Assembly: GCF_003918875.1 (NCBI RefSeq)
Contig: NW_025767132.1
Span: forward strand, 496,001-560,000
Reading direction: 5' to 3'
Origin: Haliotis rubra
Taxonomy: Eukaryota
Length of the DNA stretch: 64,000 nt
Shown here: piece by piece, positions 60,900 through 64,000 of the stretch
Layout of the letters: every line of letters begins with the position of its first letter
Position numbering within the stretch: the stretch's first letter is position 1
Program-made: the position numbers and the translations under genes
The notes under the pieces: model-generated
Seen by the model: the letters and a program-made list of their open reading frames with translations, nothing else
Database searches by the model: none
What the model was told of the DNA's origin: nothing

Positions 60900-62754
60900 A
60901 GTTGGAATGCTTCTGGCTTTCGCGTGCTTGTTTGGTGTGAGGATGTATTAGTAGATTCGAGCGCTTTGGAAGTTGTAGTATTGGTTGTCCCGATTTCTTG
61001 AATAAGAGTTGGAAACAACGTTCTGGCTGGCCAGTAGGGCGCCACCAAAATCATTTGGAGGCTCTGAGTTTGCTTGATTTTCTGTAACACCTGTGGGATT
61101 AACGCTGGTGGCGGGAATGCGTCTAGCGTTGAGTCCTTCCCACGATATGCTTAGTGCGTCCGTTGCCCATGCTAGTGGGTCTGGGACTGGTGATACGAAT
61201 GTTGTCAGCCGATTGTTGAAGCGAAAGTGGCAAATAGGTCTATTAGTGGAGCTCCTATTTTCTTGATAATTTGTGCTTAATATCTCTGTATGGAGCATCC
61301 ATTCTGTCGGCGATGGTAGGTGTGGCCGAGAGAGCGCGCCTGCTATTACATTCTTTGCTCCTGGAATGTGACATGCTCTGACATGTATGTTGAGATTGTC
61401 GATTAAATCGAACAATTGAAAACATAGAGTCAATAGGTTCGGGGACCTGGTTGAGCCTTGTTTGTTCACATAAAATGCCACTGTTGAATTGTCTGTGTGA
61501 ATCATCAATTGGGCATTCTTTAGTAAGTTGCTCCAATGATGTATGTATGCTTACTACTGCTTGCATTTCTAGCAAGTTTATGTGTAGTTTGCTCTCTTGT
61601 TGGCTCCATAACCCTGATGCCGTCCTGTTGGCGAGGTGTGCTCCCCAACCTTGGAGCGACGCGTCTACATAGAGATGTGTTTTCAATTCCGGCTCTATTA
61701 AACAGATTCCATCGCAAACATTCGATCTCTTGGTCCACCATAGTAGGTGAGGTTTGACGTGATTCGGTAGACTGAATGGTTGAGGTCACCGTCGAGATGA
61801 GAGTTGATGAGGACCTGTAACGGACGTAACTGTAGTCTGCCTCTGACTGTCATGTCTTGAGCTGACCTGAGTAGACCTAACAGGCTCTGCCATTGTCGTA
61901 GTGGTAGCGGAGAGAGTAAGGCTTGAGGGATTGTCTGTTGGATCTTGATCCATCGGTCCTCCGGTACGACGATACGATTCTGCGCCGTGAGAAATCGAAT
62001 GCCTAGAAATTGCAGATCTTGCGTAGGTTCTAGGTCCGACTTGAGTAGATTTACTAACCATCCTATCTGTGTTAGTAGGTTGATGATGAGGTTTAACTGT
62101 AGTCTGAGACGCTGTGGATCTGGATCCACTTGTATCCCGTCGTCGAGATAGAACGCACTGCGTAGTCCTTGACGATGTAGGTAAGAGACAATAGGTTTCG
62201 TCACTCTTGTGAATAACCAGGGGGCCGATGAGATTCCGAAAGGTAGTACTTTCCATTGGTAATGCAGCCCGTCTAGTGTAAACCGAAGGTATTTCCTGGA
62301 GTCGGGATGTATTGGGATGTGTAGATATGCGCCTTGCAGATCTATGCTGGCCATGTAGTCTCTGGGACTCAATTAAGTGCCGTAGTTGTGGTAGGTGTAT
62401 CATCCGAAACGCTGGTGGTTTGCGTAAATAGTCTCTGTTGAACGTGCTCATATTGTAGATGAGACGAAACTTTTCCTTGGAATTTTTCTTGGGCACTAGG
62501 AAAACTGGGGAGTAGAAGCCTGGTTCGATGTTTACTTGGTCCAGTACTTCTATGGCCTGCTTGGTTAGGAGCGTTGATACCGCTTCTCTTAACTTTGGTA
62601 GTTGTAGAGCCTGGGAGTCGAACCTCGGAGGGATGACTGTCAGCGGGGGCGTGGCCTGTAGTTGTATTCGATATCCGTGCTGTAGGATGTTGGAGACATA
62701 TGGATCCTCTAGGAATCCCCAGTTTTCCCAGTGCAGTTGAAGGCGTCCCCCCAC
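60900..62754 (-). pseudogene. DIRS pol: reverse transcriptase - RNase H - methyltransferase-like domain (frameshifted)
   Basis: Motifs are distributed over ORFs 61786-62754, 61698-62372, 61255-61686 and 60948-61508. Confidence 0.9.
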
Positions 62755-64000
62755 TTGTGATGGTTGTACTGGAACGGCTGGGGGTGGAAGACTCCAGTCG
62801 TTCCGAACCTGTCCTTCATCGTTTATAGTTGCGGGAGTCTCTGGATGACCTGCCTCTTCCGGATCCTCCCATGTAATTGCCGTAAGGGCGGCGAAAAGAC
62901 TCTTTTGCTCCTCTTACACTTGCCATCTTCCTGTCCCGTGCTTTCTGTAGACCGGAGAACTTCGATTTGCCTGAGTACCTCTGCGAAGTTTGTCTGATGC
63001 CGCTTGCTAGCGTATCCATAGACTTTATCATGAGCACCTCTCTTGAGAGACTTCTTTAGAGACTTTGTCTATGTTTCCATCGAAAATTGACGGTGATGAC
63101 CACGGGGCTGTGTGGAGTGATGCGGTGAAGTTATCACCCCAATTACAGGAGGCGAGGAGACCTTGACAACGAGCCATAGTTATAGCTGCGGATAGTGCTG
63201 TCAAGTGATCCGTTAGGAACTGCTGGTCCTTCTTCTGCATGAGGAGGGCCGAGTAAATCATCCTGTCGTCCTCAGATGGTCATCTATTCTGTAAGTCTTG
63301 GACTTGGCATCGCTGATCATCTTATAGTTATCACCGATATCTTGTGCCTTGTAAAAAGGGTCCATGTTGTGACCTGCAAACTTGTTAGCGTTGAAATGCG
63401 GCACATGTGGTGTCTGTGATTATGTGGCTTTACTAAAGGCTGTATCCAGATTAGCTGGCACCGCTGCTATCGGGTCAATCGGAGGTAAGGTGATTGTGTC
63501 AGCATCATCTTCCTTCATAAGATATGTCTGGGCTGAGTTCTCGTTCTTAGACGGGGAGGAAAGTTCCAGACTATTCACGATCCAATATCTTATTTCTGCG
63601 TCGGAAAATACGATACCATCTTCATCTTCAGACATCGGGTCACAGATAATGTGTTGATGCTCCTCCGATAGTGACTGAGGTGGAGTCCTTGATGATCTGT
63701 ACGTGGATCGAGGAGGTGATCGATGAGGAGATCGGCGAGCAGAATAACGTGGTGAACGGACTGACGAGTGGCGTCTATAAGGTGACCTTCGCGGAGACTT
63801 GCTTGGCGAACGCTGGTAGCTTCGCGAAGCTCTCGGTGAATCCCTTAATGATCTTCTAGATGAGGATGACTTGGAGCCACTTAACCTTTGTGAAGGCCTT
63901 CGTGAAGGTTGAAAGTCTGAGTCGGAGTCATGGGATGAGAGGATCTTGCTTCGCGAACGTCCTCTCTCATCAAGGTCCGAGGTAGGTGATATAGTCGTCC

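Larger units (their letters stand above)
58982..64000 (-). mobile_element. DIRS1-type retrotransposon, family C, least decayed copy, runs off the right edge
   Basis: Terminus at 58982; ICR 59278-59362; YR 59826-60893 (PHEIRR, HYLRD); MT-like domain ~60950-61250; RNase H YVDASLQGWGA/HINLLE/TDNSTV; RT 61698-62754 (FYSPVFLVPKK, IDLQGAYLHIPI, LPFGISSAP, YLDD); gag fragments 62816-64000. All ORFs are frameshifted. Confidence 0.95.

Noticed and set aside
58982-64000. Active, intact DIRS element
   Set aside because: Gag, pol and YR all have several frameshifts while ~3 kb of EML exons show none, so real decay is more likely than sequencing error.

Overview
Eukaryotic, intron-rich, AT-rich animal DNA, probably a mollusc; the recurrent tRNA-SINE resembles one I recall from abalone (Haliotis), which is an inference. 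Host genes: the 5' 16 exons of an EML5/EML6-like gene (minus, 25746 to 4694, continuing off the left edge), a 2-exon PAXX (plus), a 4-exon SYNJ2BP/OMP25 (plus), a poorly resolved coiled-coil gene (minus, ~37.5-41.2 kb) and the 3' exons of a possible RNF216-like gene (minus, 55.2-58.0 kb). Five degenerate DIRS1-type tyrosine-recombinase retrotransposon copies from three families dominate the window, all on the minus strand. There are also Tc1, IS3EU-like, MULE-like, PIF-like and Helentron-like DNA elements, a LINE relic, SINEs and minisatellites. The main unexplained signal: in all four DIRS copies that retain it, the 400-500 nt non-coding segment downstream of the ORFs, before the ICR/3' ITR, is densely base-paired. 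Helices show compensatory changes between copies, three short collinear blocks are shared by two families with unrelated ITRs, and G-T wobbles favour folding of the antisense (first-strand cDNA polarity) strand. One DIRS sits in the ICR of another at a site that mimics its own circle junction. All structures were read by eye, not computed.
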